DNA from: Anthoceros angustus
Lineage: Eukaryota > Plantae > Anthocerotophyta
NCBI GenBank assembly: GCA_010909165.1
Contig: VJWM01000108.1
Coordinates: forward strand, 310,001 to 374,000
DNA: 64,000 nt
Direction: 5' to 3'
The position numbers and the translations under genes are program-made. Shown here in pieces: positions 35,111-47,200 of the stretch. How positions within the stretch are numbered: the stretch's first letter is position 1; every line of letters starts with the position of its first letter. The notes under the pieces were generated by a model. It was not told where the DNA came from and did no database searches. It saw only the letters and a list, made by a program, of their open reading frames with translations.

Positions 35111-36421
35111 CCGTCATGATTTTAGTTAGTATGTTCAATGTACATCGTAACTATATAGTACTAGCATTGTACATAATATGCTTATATATATTACAATATA
35201 ACAATAATTTAAGGTTGGAGAGACATCTTAGGACCCTAATGGATTGGTAGGTGGATTTCTCAACCAAAAATATCATGGTTGAGAACAAATGTGTTTTCAA
35301 TAATTTTTTGATTCATGGTTAGAAACTAGTAGATATTCTCAACTAAGGATAAATAAATATATAAGCAGTTTTTACACGCTGCGACAAAGGAGGAGGGGAT
35401 GGGAGGGTAGGAGTGGGATGGGCATGCAGGAAGGAGGGTGAATGTATATAATTCAGTGTGTTTAGACAGTACCTATGAAGTATTCTCAATTATAATGTGT
35501 TTCGTTGTTCTCCCTCTAGGGCAGCGAAGTAGTACATCACCGAAATACAACAAGGCTTAACAACACTGTCTAGGCAACTTTCTCCAAACCTTTCATCACT
35601 TCGCAAAACACACTTGTACTATCTATATTTTGTGATCTCTAATAATGATTCAGACAAATTACTAGTAAAAGCTCTTTGCTCTCGCTCTTTAACCATATGT
35701 AGCACAAGGAGGAAGAGGTGCATTATGATGCAAGTACCGAACCTGCAACTAACGCTCACACTTGTGCCAATCTAGTAAGGTCACTTATCAACCAAACACC
35801 CCTTTCGACAAGCTCATAAATAGAGGATAAAAGGCAATGAGGATGAGAGAACTTCACACGTTGGTAGAAATGACGATGAATGTCCATAATCAGATAGTTG
35901 AGAAAATTTACAAAATAATTATCCTAACTAACTAAAACTTGATCCAAACTTAATCCTTAATATAAAAAATATTTTTTTATGAGAACACATCACTATTTTT
36001 TCTTTTAAAGGATACCCCAAATCAAACTTAACCCTTATCACCTAAAAGCCAAATCAAATCGAGTCTTTTGATTTATGTTCAAGATTGTGCAGAATTATTG
36101 CATGACACTTATTCATGTTAAGGTGAACTTCGTGGAGAATCCTACCCTCTACATTAAAAAGAAAAGTGAAAAAGTTTTGACCCATGTATCTGGGCCAAAA
36201 CGCAAAAAAATCCCTTAAAGAAACTTACAAACCCCCCAAAAAACGGGAGTCATTACTACATGTGTATTGATCCAATGGTCCAGAGTTTTTTTTTGCGTTG
36301 GGAAGACTTTTCTCTTAGACTATGTGCCTCATGTTTTAAATAAATAAATAATATTTTTTACTAACATCTTTCTCAAAATATTTTAATTGTTTTTATACAA
36401 TAAGACACAGTCGTAGAAAAG

Positions 36422-36555
36422 GCCTTTCCAAAGCCCAACCATCGCACCAGTATCGGCCTTTCCAAAGCCCCACCATCGCACCAGTATCAGCCTTTCCAAA
36501 GCCCAACCATAGTACCAGTATCAGCCTTTCCAAAGCCCAACCATCGTACCAGTAT
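36422..36555. repeat. ~35-bp tandem repeat x4
   Basis: GCCTTTCCAAAGCCCAACCATCGCACCAGTATC(G/A) repeated. Confidence 0.92.
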
Positions 36556-37258
36556 CCTTGTAGTATACTATATTGGTCCCCGTTTCTTGAGTTTATGATG
36601 AGTTTTTTAAAAGATCCTTTGGTGTTTCACCCAGATATATTGATGATTATTTTTAATATAGAATGCAGAATTCTCTAACAAAAGTTACTTCAACATGAAT
36701 TAGTGCGAAACAAAAATTGTGCACACTGTTGAAGAACAAGATCAAAAGACTTAATTTGAGTAGGTTCAACTTTATGGGATTAAGAGAAGGGCCATATGTA
36801 TATAGTCTCTTCCTGATGGGAAGAGTATGGTCTCTTCCTGTTGGGATGATACGATGTGTAACATAGGGGAATCAGAACCCTTGCTGAAGATTTCTCCTCC
36901 GGGGTTGTTTTGATTTATTTTCAAAATACCAAATTAAAACAAATCCTATTGAGTACGATACTATGGGCGATTTGGGCATGAACTTGGTCGAAATATGCTA
37001 CCACTACTTTTGATGTGATAAAAGGAAGTAAAGACAACTGACCTCCGACGGACCAGTGCGTTGTCAAGACAACGAATCAAAACACGAGCGCGTTGTATAC
37101 CTACAGATCTCTGTATGCGCTTTGCCGTGGTCCTTCCGGGAGTGGGGAAACACAAAGAACAGAGACTTCAGGCCTCTTAGACTGACTGTCTGGGGCCCAC
37201 AAGCTTTGAGTCATTTTGGCGATGTTGGATACACTGGACAAAAGAATCGATAGTGCCG

Positions 37259-40109
37259 TCAGCTGATATCTTGCCGGTGTCTCTTCCTTCTCTTGGCTAT
37301 CTTTCCGTTCTCAATGACCTCTTCCAGGTACTGGAGAACCTCCTTCAAGCTTGCCTTCCTGTACTGTTCAAAATTGAAAGCAACAGGCACAGGATATCTC
37401 CCACTGGAGTTGAATTCCTCTAGCTCGCTGAGCGCATTTGTGACGGTTTTGCACACAGCTTTTCCCAGCTCTTGCCTTAACAAGAGCAGCCTCTTGTCAT
37501 CCTGATCAAGAACCTCCTGCCATTTTAGCGAAATCACAGTAATGAAGCTGAGATCTAGATCATGCCATAAGCCGATGCGATGCAGTCTTAGACTAGGGAC
37601 GATCTGGCACCTTCCATTCATCCTCATCTCCCACGGGAACCACTTTAAAAGGCCGCCAATCGGAGCTCCGCACCAGCTGCTCCCATTCGGTAGAAATCCG
37701 CAAGAAGTGGGATTCCCAGCCGTCCTTGTACTTCCTTTTACAGGCGACTTTCCAAGGAGCACTGTCTAGCTCTCCCATCCGTTTCACTCCAATTCTCTCC
37801 CTGGAACCATGCTTTTCGAGTATCTGCCAAGGCCGGATGAGCACATGAAATTCAGGGAGGAGCGAATGGCAACGAGGTTTCCGAAGGAAACAACTGTAAA
37901 GAGTCACAAGGCAGCACCTCCACGGCCACCCTTCTACTCAGCTCAAGCTCCTCACTCATTTCCCGTTCTTTGCGAAGTAAGGAGTTCACCATTACGTGCA
38001 AGCCATCCTTCTCGTCTGTAACCTCGTTCAGCCTGTCTTGTAGGAAAACCAGGTCCAGGGGCTGACTTTCATTCACCTCTCTTTTGACAGTGGCAGTACT
38101 CTCCGAAATTTGTTTGTCCGGAGAAGATTTGCCAGAATCCTTCCCTTGGGAATGCTCAGATCGGAGCTCCTTCTCTCCACCAATCTGGAGAAGCATCGTG
38201 GATAGAGGCTTCATGAAGAAAAGTTTCCAGCGATAACCCCTCTACACAAAAAAAAACTCAAATCCTGCATGCAGACAAAATCACGAGGAGCACTGCGAGG
38301 ATTGAACTCGCAAAGTCTTGCTTTGTAGCAAGCACATAACCACCAGATTCGTGCCCATAGGTGCAACAAGCGATGATGTACAAGGATGTACACCAACTGA
38401 CCTTCTGTTTCTTCACCAGCGCCCGCAGCTTCTCGAGCTCAACCTTGTGCTGGGTCGCCTCCCACATTTTCTTTTTATGCAACTCCTGTAGTCCCTTCAG
38501 GTCCCTCTGTCACAATCGGCGTCCAAATTTGTCATATCCTGCGGGCAACCACAGCATTGCATTGCGGGCAGTAGGACAACTCCCTGTCTTTGTAAAAGGA
38601 GCCTGACTTGAAATGAGCACACCGAGTTTACCTCATGCTTACGGATGAGATCAGAGTATGTCTTTTTGTGAGACTCCGAAAGTATGTGCATACGCCTCTG
38701 CATCTGTTCAGCGGAGATATATATCAGAACCTAGAATACAGAATGTTTCCTTGAAAGAAGTGCTCTTGTTCTGACCATTTGTGCACCCGGCTCCGATCAT
38801 TCCACATACCTCTCTTCTTGCACTTTCGTTCTTCTTCCGCTCTGCTTCGAGTTCAACTTCGAAGCCTTTCAACAGGTTCGCCTTCTCCAACTTAGTGTGA
38901 TTACACTCATCCTGAATCTTCTTCATGTCCAAGTTCAGGCTTTCCAATTCTGTTTCCCCGAACAGTAAGCCCTCTCTCAGACTACGTCTAGGGTCACCTG
39001 AGGACCCGACTCAGCAAAGGATGGCGGATGGATGGATGGTTGCAAATTCGCGCAATCATACCAGATTTGTGCACTTCTGCAAAGTGCACTTGCTCCTCTT
39101 CCAGTCTCTTTCGGGTCTTCTCGGTCACAAGCATGGCATTCTGGAGACCTTCTACCCTCCTGTCAAGAGCCTGCAGTTCCTTGTTCTTGGCTACCAGCTC
39201 GCTCTCCAGGCACTGCACTTGATGCTTCCACTTTTCTGCAGTCGTGTCCACTGTATGCTGGAACCTCTGGCTGTACTTCTTCATCTTCTCTTCACCAACG
39301 CCGGCAACAGTCTTGAGCTCCCCGTAATCGAAGAGGAACTTCCCAACAGGACTGTCCGCATAGTAATCTTCCCGACGGGCCACCCATCCATACAAGTCTT
39401 TGCAAGGGTTGCAATGCGAAGCATGTCTAATTTTTTCCCACTCCTTCCTCCCACGCCCCGACTGCAAAAACCTCATCTCCAAAGCATCCGCATCACAGAA
39501 GGCCTCCAAATCCCTTTCGAACATAATCGCCGCCACCCCGCTAACAGACTGAGGCTCGGAAGCCTGGAAAAGCTTCACTTCTTTTGGGTTGAAGACATAA
39601 AACAGCCTCTTCAGCTTGGCCTGCCACAACTCCGCGCTCAGCTGCCATCTCCCAACATCGAGATTGACCACGACCACCACCCAAGGGTACACAAACTTCT
39701 CCTCCTCCCTACTCCGCCGCGCCATCCCCTGCTCCAGCCTCAAGGGGCCGTCCGCCCTGGCAAAGAGCTCCAAGGTCCTTGCGATGAGGTCATCACCGCT
39801 ACCTCCGTCCCCCCGCTCGGCACCAGCCGCAGCACCCACCTCGGCCGCCGCATCCTCAGCATGGAGGCCAGATCGCAGCCTTCCTTCCCGCTGCGAGCTA
39901 CACTTGGAGGAGGACGGCAGGCCGGAGGACCCAGATAGGGCATTGGAATGCTGCTGCTTTCCCCCGGTGCTCGCAATCAGGTCAGGAGAAACGGCCGAGG
40001 CCGTAGCGCATCCGGGCCGCTCGTGCCCATCACCTGCCCCTGCCCCTCCCTGAGCCTTGCCGTTCTTCCTGTGCCCACCAGCCCCGCCAGAGGCCGAGAA
40101 ATGCCTCAT
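37259..40109 (-). CDS. XS-coiled coil-XH protein (IDN2/FDM family, RNA-directed DNA methylation), multi-exon; a further upstream exon (to ~40996) is possible
   Basis: XS domain EEKFVYPWVVVVVN...GRGRKEW...LYGWVARREDYYADSPVGKFL..GELKTV, long coiled coil, XH domain IGVKRMGELD..DWRPFKVV|..DDKRLLLLRQELGKAVCKTVTNALSELEEFNSSGRYPVP. No zf-XS seen. Confidence 0.88.
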
Positions 40110-41574
40110 GCCCGGGCTCACCGCAGCACAAAAAGAGCAACCCGGCAGCAGCAGGAGCAACAAGACCCATCTCCTGCCTTCCCGCAACACCCATAGCAAC
40201 GTGCCTGCTTTCTCGGAGGCACGTCCCTTGAAGCCCTTCCCACTGCCAGGAATCCCAGATCCAAGTGTCTCAGATGGACGACGCCCAAGGGCCAAAACCC
40301 CAAAACCCCAAAACGGCCACTCCGAACACTCCGCCTCCCCATCCGTCGTGATGCATGCGGACAAAGGACAGCAAGCTCCAAACGGAAGGTTAGTCAGCTC
40401 GGAATCCGACAGAGGAAATCGAAGGGGGCAAGGCAGCACAAGGATCGATCGAGGTTGTTGCACAGGTGTTGGAAGCAGCAATTCAGGGATTTCCCAAACC
40501 TCCGTTGCACGCTGCGCATGCAGCCGCTGGAAGCGTGCCTGAAAAGACAAAGCAGTGGTCCCATGCCACAAACCGCTTCCGTTCGTTGGCACGGCCCCTT
40601 CCGCCCCCTGCCACTTCGACGGTGGAGACGGTCCTGACCTGTTTGACTCGTACCTGCCCGGGACCTCACCAACAACGCCAACTCCACACCCACTGGCGTC
40701 CGCTTGGCCGCCAGCCTCGCCAGATCCGGACAGCCGCGACCTGGCGCGTGGCTTATAAGGTGGGGGCCGCAATCCAGCACTTGCCGCAGTTTCGAGTCGT
40801 CCCAGCGTCTCGGAGCAGCTCCTTTCTTCCCTGCTCTCCCTCCCTGCTCTCTCGCATCAGCCAGCCTCTGGGAGCTAGCAAGGCCTTCCTTGCCTGATTG
40901 AGTGCTTGCTTGCTCGCTCTCGCTTGATTGATTTGAGTCCAATTTCTGTCGAGTGAACAATCGACAGTCAGTCACTTCTTGCTTGAATCCTGTCATCGTA
41001 TCAGACTGTGAAGAAGGAAGATTCAGAGTCCGTAGATGCTGCTGCCTGGATTGCCAGAATCTGCGGTTGCTTGGATGAGCCTTGCCTGTTGAAGAAGCCA
41101 GATTTCGTGCCTGTTTGCTCGCTTTCCTGCTGCTGTCTCTGGAGAAAAGGAGAAGAAGAAGAACAAGATGGCGGCCAGTGCTGGAGGAATGAACTCTTTC
41201 ATCAGTGCATGCGCTTCCAACTCTGCCTCACAGCATCCTTATCACAAGCACTGCGGATGCGCAATTCATCGCCTGTTGAACGGCGCTCACACCGGCAGAG
41301 GTGGATGCCAGGTGCGGCTACCGGGACGAGCTTTCGAGCCCGTCTCGCTCTGCACTCCTGGAAAGAAGCTGACGCACACGCACCCGGCGGATGTGGTTCG
41401 GCCAGGGTGCGACGACGTTTTCCCGTCCTCCTCCCAGGAGGCAGAAGCTCGTTGCAGCGACGACCACATCTTTCTGGTTGCCGGCTTGGTGGACGAGCAG
41501 GAACGGAGCTCGGTCGTCTTGTGAGGAGGAAATGCGGGAGCTGTAGATCCATTTTACCATTGCTCCAGATTATG

Positions 41575-42300
41575 GAGCCTGAGGAGCAGCCTTCCTTCGA
41601 GTTGCCGCAGTCCAGATGACAACATTGCGGTCATGCACACGAATCAAGCATTCCTGGTGCCTCCTGAGGAGCAGCCTTCCTTCAAGTTGCCGCAGTGAAA
41701 ATGACAACATGGCGGTCATGCACACGAATCAAGCATTCCTGCTGCCTGAGGAGCAGCCTTCCTTCAAGTTGCCGCAGTGAAAATGACAACATGGCGGTCA
41801 TGCACAGGAGAATCAAGCATTCCTGGCTCCTGAGGAGCAGCTTTCCTTCAAGTATCCGCAGTCTGGATGACAACATGGCGGTCATGCACAGGAGAATCAA
41901 GCAATCCTGGTGCCTGAGGGGCAGCCTTCCTTTAAGTGGCCGCAGGGTTCAAGATGACAGCATCGGTCATGCACAGGAGAATCAAGCATTCCTCGTGCCT
42001 GAGGAACAGCCTTCAACGTCATAACATTGCGGTCATGCACATGAGATTCAAGAATCAAGCATTCCTGGTGACTGAGGAGCAGCCTTCGTTTAAGTTGGCG
42101 CAGGCTTCAAGATGACAACTTCGCGGTCATGCACAGGAGAATCGAGGATTCCTGGAGCCTAAGGAACAGCCTTCAAGGTCACAACATTGCGGTCATGTAC
42201 ATGAGATTCAAGAATCAAGCATTCCGGGTGCCTGAGGAACAGCCTTCCTTCAAGTTGCCGCAGACTTCAAGATCACAACATTGCGGTCATGTGAGAAAAG
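41575..42300. repeat. Degenerate minisatellite, ~9 units of 73-87 bp
   Basis: Core GAGGAGCAGCCTTCCTTCAAGTTGCCGCAG...GACAACATGGCGGTCATGCAC...AATCAAGCATTCCTGG at 41581, 41666, 41748, 41832, 41916, 42001, 42074, 42161 and 42234. Confidence 0.9.
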
Positions 42301-43247
42301 CATTCTACTCGGGAGCGACTCTGAACATATGGCGTGAGTAATGCTCTACCTCTGCCAAGAGCTGTTAGATCCATCATGCAAGAACGCAATGCTTTGGCTC
42401 TGCGAAGTGCAGTTCGATCCATCCTGCGGGAACTCCACAAATTTTCAGCTTGGAGCCGATAGTAATGTTGCCAGGGACGGGTGCACTGAAAATCACCGCA
42501 ACTGACTAAGTGTCCCTTCCAAGTGCAGGGGCTCTCAATTCAGAGCTCCTGCAGTAGACAGGGATTCTACACAATCTTGTACAGATTCTTTTCACCAATG
42601 TGAAGCCAAATCGTTATCTCCTTCATTGTCCATTTTTGAATCTGGCGCAGAGCTCAGTCTGTGAGTTGCTGTAATTCACAATCAGTAATAACAGCTTACG
42701 ATGATTTCATGCTCACAGCGGGACAGCTTCAAGTCCTGTGCAACTTGAGGATGAACCCGCTTAAGTTGCACCCGCTTACAATTGCTGGAACCAACAGACC
42801 TCTTTTTTTTTGGCGGTTAGCGTTACACACCTTAGACATTTCACATAGTGGCTACAACGCTATTCAGAAACATCCAACCTGGCCTAAATTCTAACAGGCT
42901 AACGGTCTTGATGATTTATATTTGTTCGCTGCACGCACACAAAAACGCTTGCTAACGGTCTTCTTGTTTTCTGTCTCTTCGTTTCCTGCACACAAAGACG
43001 CTTGCTTCCTTGCCTGCACAAAACAAGAAGACATTCTTCGTTTCCTGCACAGGATTCGAGCCAAGAATCATAAAGAATTTATCGATGTCGGCCATGCAAC
43101 GAGGTCCAGAGGTGAGCATAAAGCTTATTAGAAGGACTTGGAGACTCCACACTGCGATCGGTAACACTAAAAAAAAACTCCCCACTTTGGCATTTCCTTC
43201 ATGACATTGCAAAACGTGCAAAGTTTACCGTTCACGGTGAAAACAGT

Positions 43248-46034
43248 TTACAGGTAATTGCGAGAGTCTTTAAGCTCTACGCTTAAGGCTTTCAGAAATT
43301 TCGACAGCTCTGATTCTTGTTTATGCCTTTTGTCCCCCACCTCGAACGAGTGCACCTCCTGCCCATGCTCAATCCAGCTTCGCCCAGGCTTCTTCCAATG
43401 GACCGCATTCTGTCTTAACTCATCCACTTCTCTGGCAGAGTTCCATAGGCCAGCATTGGCATAGATGTTTGACATCAGTACATAAGCTGCAGCATGACCA
43501 CGATCTATGCGGACGGCGCCATCAAAGGCACGCTCTCCCACTATCACATTACCGTGCTTCCTGCACGCTCCCAGCAAGCACAGCCAGACTGGCAAATCGG
43601 GCTGCATTGGCATACATGCAAGTAGCTCTTCTGCCTTGCTGAAAAGTCCTGCACGACCAACGAGATCAATCACACAAGCATAGTGCTCAAGTCCTGCACA
43701 AATGCCGTGAAGCCTGCTCATGTTTTCAAAGTACTCCAATCCTTTGTCGACTTCACCAGCATGACTGCATGAAGACAGGAGCGACAAGTAGGTGACTGCA
43801 TTTGGTGTCACGCCTGCCAGGCACATGTCCTCGTAGAATTGCATACTCAATTCACAAGCTCCCACTCGGGCATATCCAGCAAGTAGTGCATTACATGCTG
43901 GCACATCAGGCCGAGGCAGGGCGTCAAACACACTGCGAGCATCCACCATACTCCCACATTTCCCATACGCATAAATCAGACTAGTTGGCAGGGATGAGCT
44001 GACCTGCCATCCTCTATCCATTATACTTTGGTGGATGCGCCTGCACACATCTATGGCCCCTGTACTGCTGCATGCCTCTAGCACCGAGATAAATGTTCCT
44101 TCATCTGGCCTCACACCCTGTGCTTGCATTTCTGCATACAGCTGCAAAGCCTTGTCTCCACGTTCTTGCTGAGCATAAGCTGTGATCATGGCAGTCCATG
44201 ACACTACATCCTGCTGGGATAGGAGGGCAAAAATATCTTCTGCATCCTTGATGCTGCCACACTTTGCATACATACTAACCAAAGAACTACCAACGAACAT
44301 ATCTGTTTCCAAACCCAGGCTCACAGCTTCAGAATGTAGAGTCTTGCCCTGTCGCAGGGAATTTGCCTTGACAGCCTGCCCATTTACTAGTGCACTGCAC
44401 TCTTTTTCTGCCACTAGGCTACAAGCTTGAAGAGCACTTACTAGCGTCCGGGCGGTTGGCCTGACACCTTCCTCTTGCATCTGCCAATATGTTCTCAAGG
44501 CTGTTTCTCCATTTTCTACCTGAGCATAAGCAGCAAGCATTGCATTCCATGCAACTACATTACGCTGGGATAGTCCATCAAATACCTGCCGGGCTTCGTC
44601 AATCATCCCACATTTTGCATACATACTGATCAAGGTGCTGCAAATAAAAATGTCTGATCCAAATCCGTGCACTACAGCATCAGCGTGTATCCGCTTGCCA
44701 GCTTCCAGGTCCTCCAGTTTACTGCATGCCTTGAGTAAGCTGACAAAAGTGTAGTTGTTAGGGTCTACCCCTTCGCTTTTCATCTGGTCGTAGCAGGAGA
44801 GGGCCTCCTGACATAGCCCAGCATTGTTGTACCCTGAAATGACCGCTGTCCAGCAGTAAACTGTTCTGTATGACAATCGTCCAAACAACTGGAGCCCATC
44901 TGCAAGGCTGCCACAGTGAACCAGTGTTGTGACAATAAGATCACCCAGAAGTCTGTTGGTCTCCAACCCATTCTTCAGCAAATGAGAATGTACCCGCTTT
45001 GCCTCTGCGAGAGCCTTCCTTTTCATGCACGCCTGCAAGAGGTTCCTATACGTGCGCACAGAAGCGACAACCTTTCGCTCATCGAGGAGATGCAAGACAG
45101 CTAGAGCCTTGTCGAGAAACCCCTCCTTACACAAAGTCTCTAATTCCCGTACATCCTGAGCGACAGTTCGGATGCTGCAAGAGAAAAGATAGGCAATCCC
45201 GCAGGTGAGGTTGAAGTACAAACTCATTCTTTGCACACGTGCGATATTAGCTACAGACGGAGGGTAGGTAATGTGCTTGCAGATGGCACAAAGATTTCAG
45301 ATACCTTCTACTAGCTGTGGGACGCTTGACTGCCTGCAGTTGAATCTCAAGAACGGCCACCCGACGATCCAACCACAGGCCAACCTTTGACCTCTTCCTC
45401 GAGAAGTAAAGATGGCAAGCACTTTTCTGCAGGTAGATGGCGGACCACCTCAGGATGAGAACTGCAGTGCGGCAAACTGTGGAGCACACCGAGCGAAGAG
45501 AACCAATCTCACCACACTGTGGTAGCATCCATCAGACAAGTGATAGGCCACTGAAAAGGGAGACAACAGGCATACCTTTTCGAGTGTCGGCGATATCTCA
45601 GATTTCGCTCTGCAAAAGAAGCTCCTCTTAATTTCGGTGACTGAGCCCATTCTTAATCTCGTCTCCTACTTTGAGCGGATGTTTGCAGCATCCGCCAAGT
45701 TCACATTGCCCGGGTCTCTACAGCATCTGCCGCATCCACACCAGCTCGTCCTTCTGTCACCAGCGTGTCTGAAATCTGGCCAGCTAGGGGCACATCGTCG
45801 CCAGTTTCCAACACGGCCCCTTTTCTTCGTTTTGTCTTACCTGAATTTCCCTTCCCTCTCACGACTGTGGCTTGTTCTTGTACAGACAGGCTCGGGCGGT
45901 GCTGGGGTCTTGCCTGGCCGCCGGCTCGGCTTCTTTCGGATGCCTCCCCGAGCAGCCAGGCCTCCCCGAGTCTTCGCACTTCGTACTCGGGCCGCAGGCT
46001 CAGCAATCGGGGCTGAGTCGATCACATCCGCCAT
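43248..46034 (-). CDS. PLS-class PPR protein, E-class (no DYW); model join(46034..45841, 45174..43248)
   Basis: 662-aa ORF of PLS triplets plus E1/E2 ending WKKPGRSWIEHGQEVHSFEVGDKRH...LKDSRNYL*. Strong acceptor TTTTCTCTTGCAG at 45175; the upstream exon MADVIDSAP...GKF(AG|GTAAGA) joins in frame. Extra micro-exons (e.g. 45611-45577) cannot be excluded. Confidence 0.9.
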
Positions 46035-47200
46035 GGATCTGGCCCGTAGGCTCAGCCGCGATGAGACATTGCTGTCCTCCATCGCTCGTCCTTCATCACG
46101 GGCCGGTGTTCCCGACAAGCCTTTCAACCAAGGAGATGGGCCGCCGTTCGCGAAAAGCCTTCAACGTAGGGGACGGCCGGTGTTCCCATGCCGGAACCCG
46201 ACCCTCTATGAAAGTCCGCGTATTCTTAGCGATCTCACCTCGATACTTTTATGACGGTCGTGATAAAAGAAGTTTCCATACGAAGGAAACCGTACCTAAA
46301 CACAACCCTGACATCGGCCACGGGGGTCTTCCATCCGTGTATCGATATCGTTTCAAAGGGTGTTATCTTTTTGTTTTGGAATGGAAGACTTTATTTTGGT
46401 GAAAAAACGATGGGAAAAGCCCATCTAGGACAACTAAAGGGACCAAGGGGTCAAGGTGAATAGGAGTAACTGAGTTTTCTATCTAAAATCACCTACTGCA
46501 CCCACAATGTCATATGCAGGAAGAATAAACGGCCTGCAAACCACGGAGGTAGAGGAAGATGCGTCACCTACTGTCGCCGCCTTGTGGAGGATCGCCGTTG
46601 AGAACGCCCGTTGAAGGGCAATTGAAACCCGTTGTCAGAAGTATGCTGTGAAGTACGAGAGGGACAGCCCCGCACCGTGTCTACACACATGGTAGGCTTT
46701 GGCATAGGACTTTTTGTTTTGTGGTAAAAACAAATGTTTTGAAAAACAATTATTTTGGGTTTAGAGTTTAGGTTGCCCGATGCGCTGATGCGCAGAGGGG
46801 GATGGAGGCGCTCTACATTGCTACCTAAGTCCCGAGATTGCAGCATGTGACTATGATGGTTTGCACGGTTTAGGGCAAGGTGTGGTCATGCTCGGAGCTT
46901 GCGAGCATGCTTGCCATCTAGTTCTGCTGGCATGCTCGCCATTGTAGGATGTTGTGTTCCTTATGCCTTGGTTTTGGAGTGAGTGGGAGAGCTCGAAAGC
47001 GGTTGGAGTGAGGAAGCCTTATACATGTGTTTCTCCCTCAGATTTGATGACCCTGTCTTTGTTGGGCAAAATGTGAGCAAAATATGATGGTGCGAAGCAA
47101 GTCCACTCACTACCTTTTTATCATGTACACAGCCTCAATAAAAACAAGAAGAATATTGACATATCATGTATGTGGCCTGAATGGACACACGGAGAATATT

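Noticed and set aside
40110-40772. N-terminal ~220 aa of the 592-aa ORF as part of the XS-XH protein
   Set aside because: Starts at a non-ATG codon and has intron/UTR-like composition. The real start is more likely 40109 or a spliced upstream exon.
41575-42300. Repeat-plus-variable-segment pattern as CRISPR-like or an LRR gene
   Set aside because: The variable parts are homologous to each other, not unique spacers. Unit lengths of 73-87 bp break any long frame.
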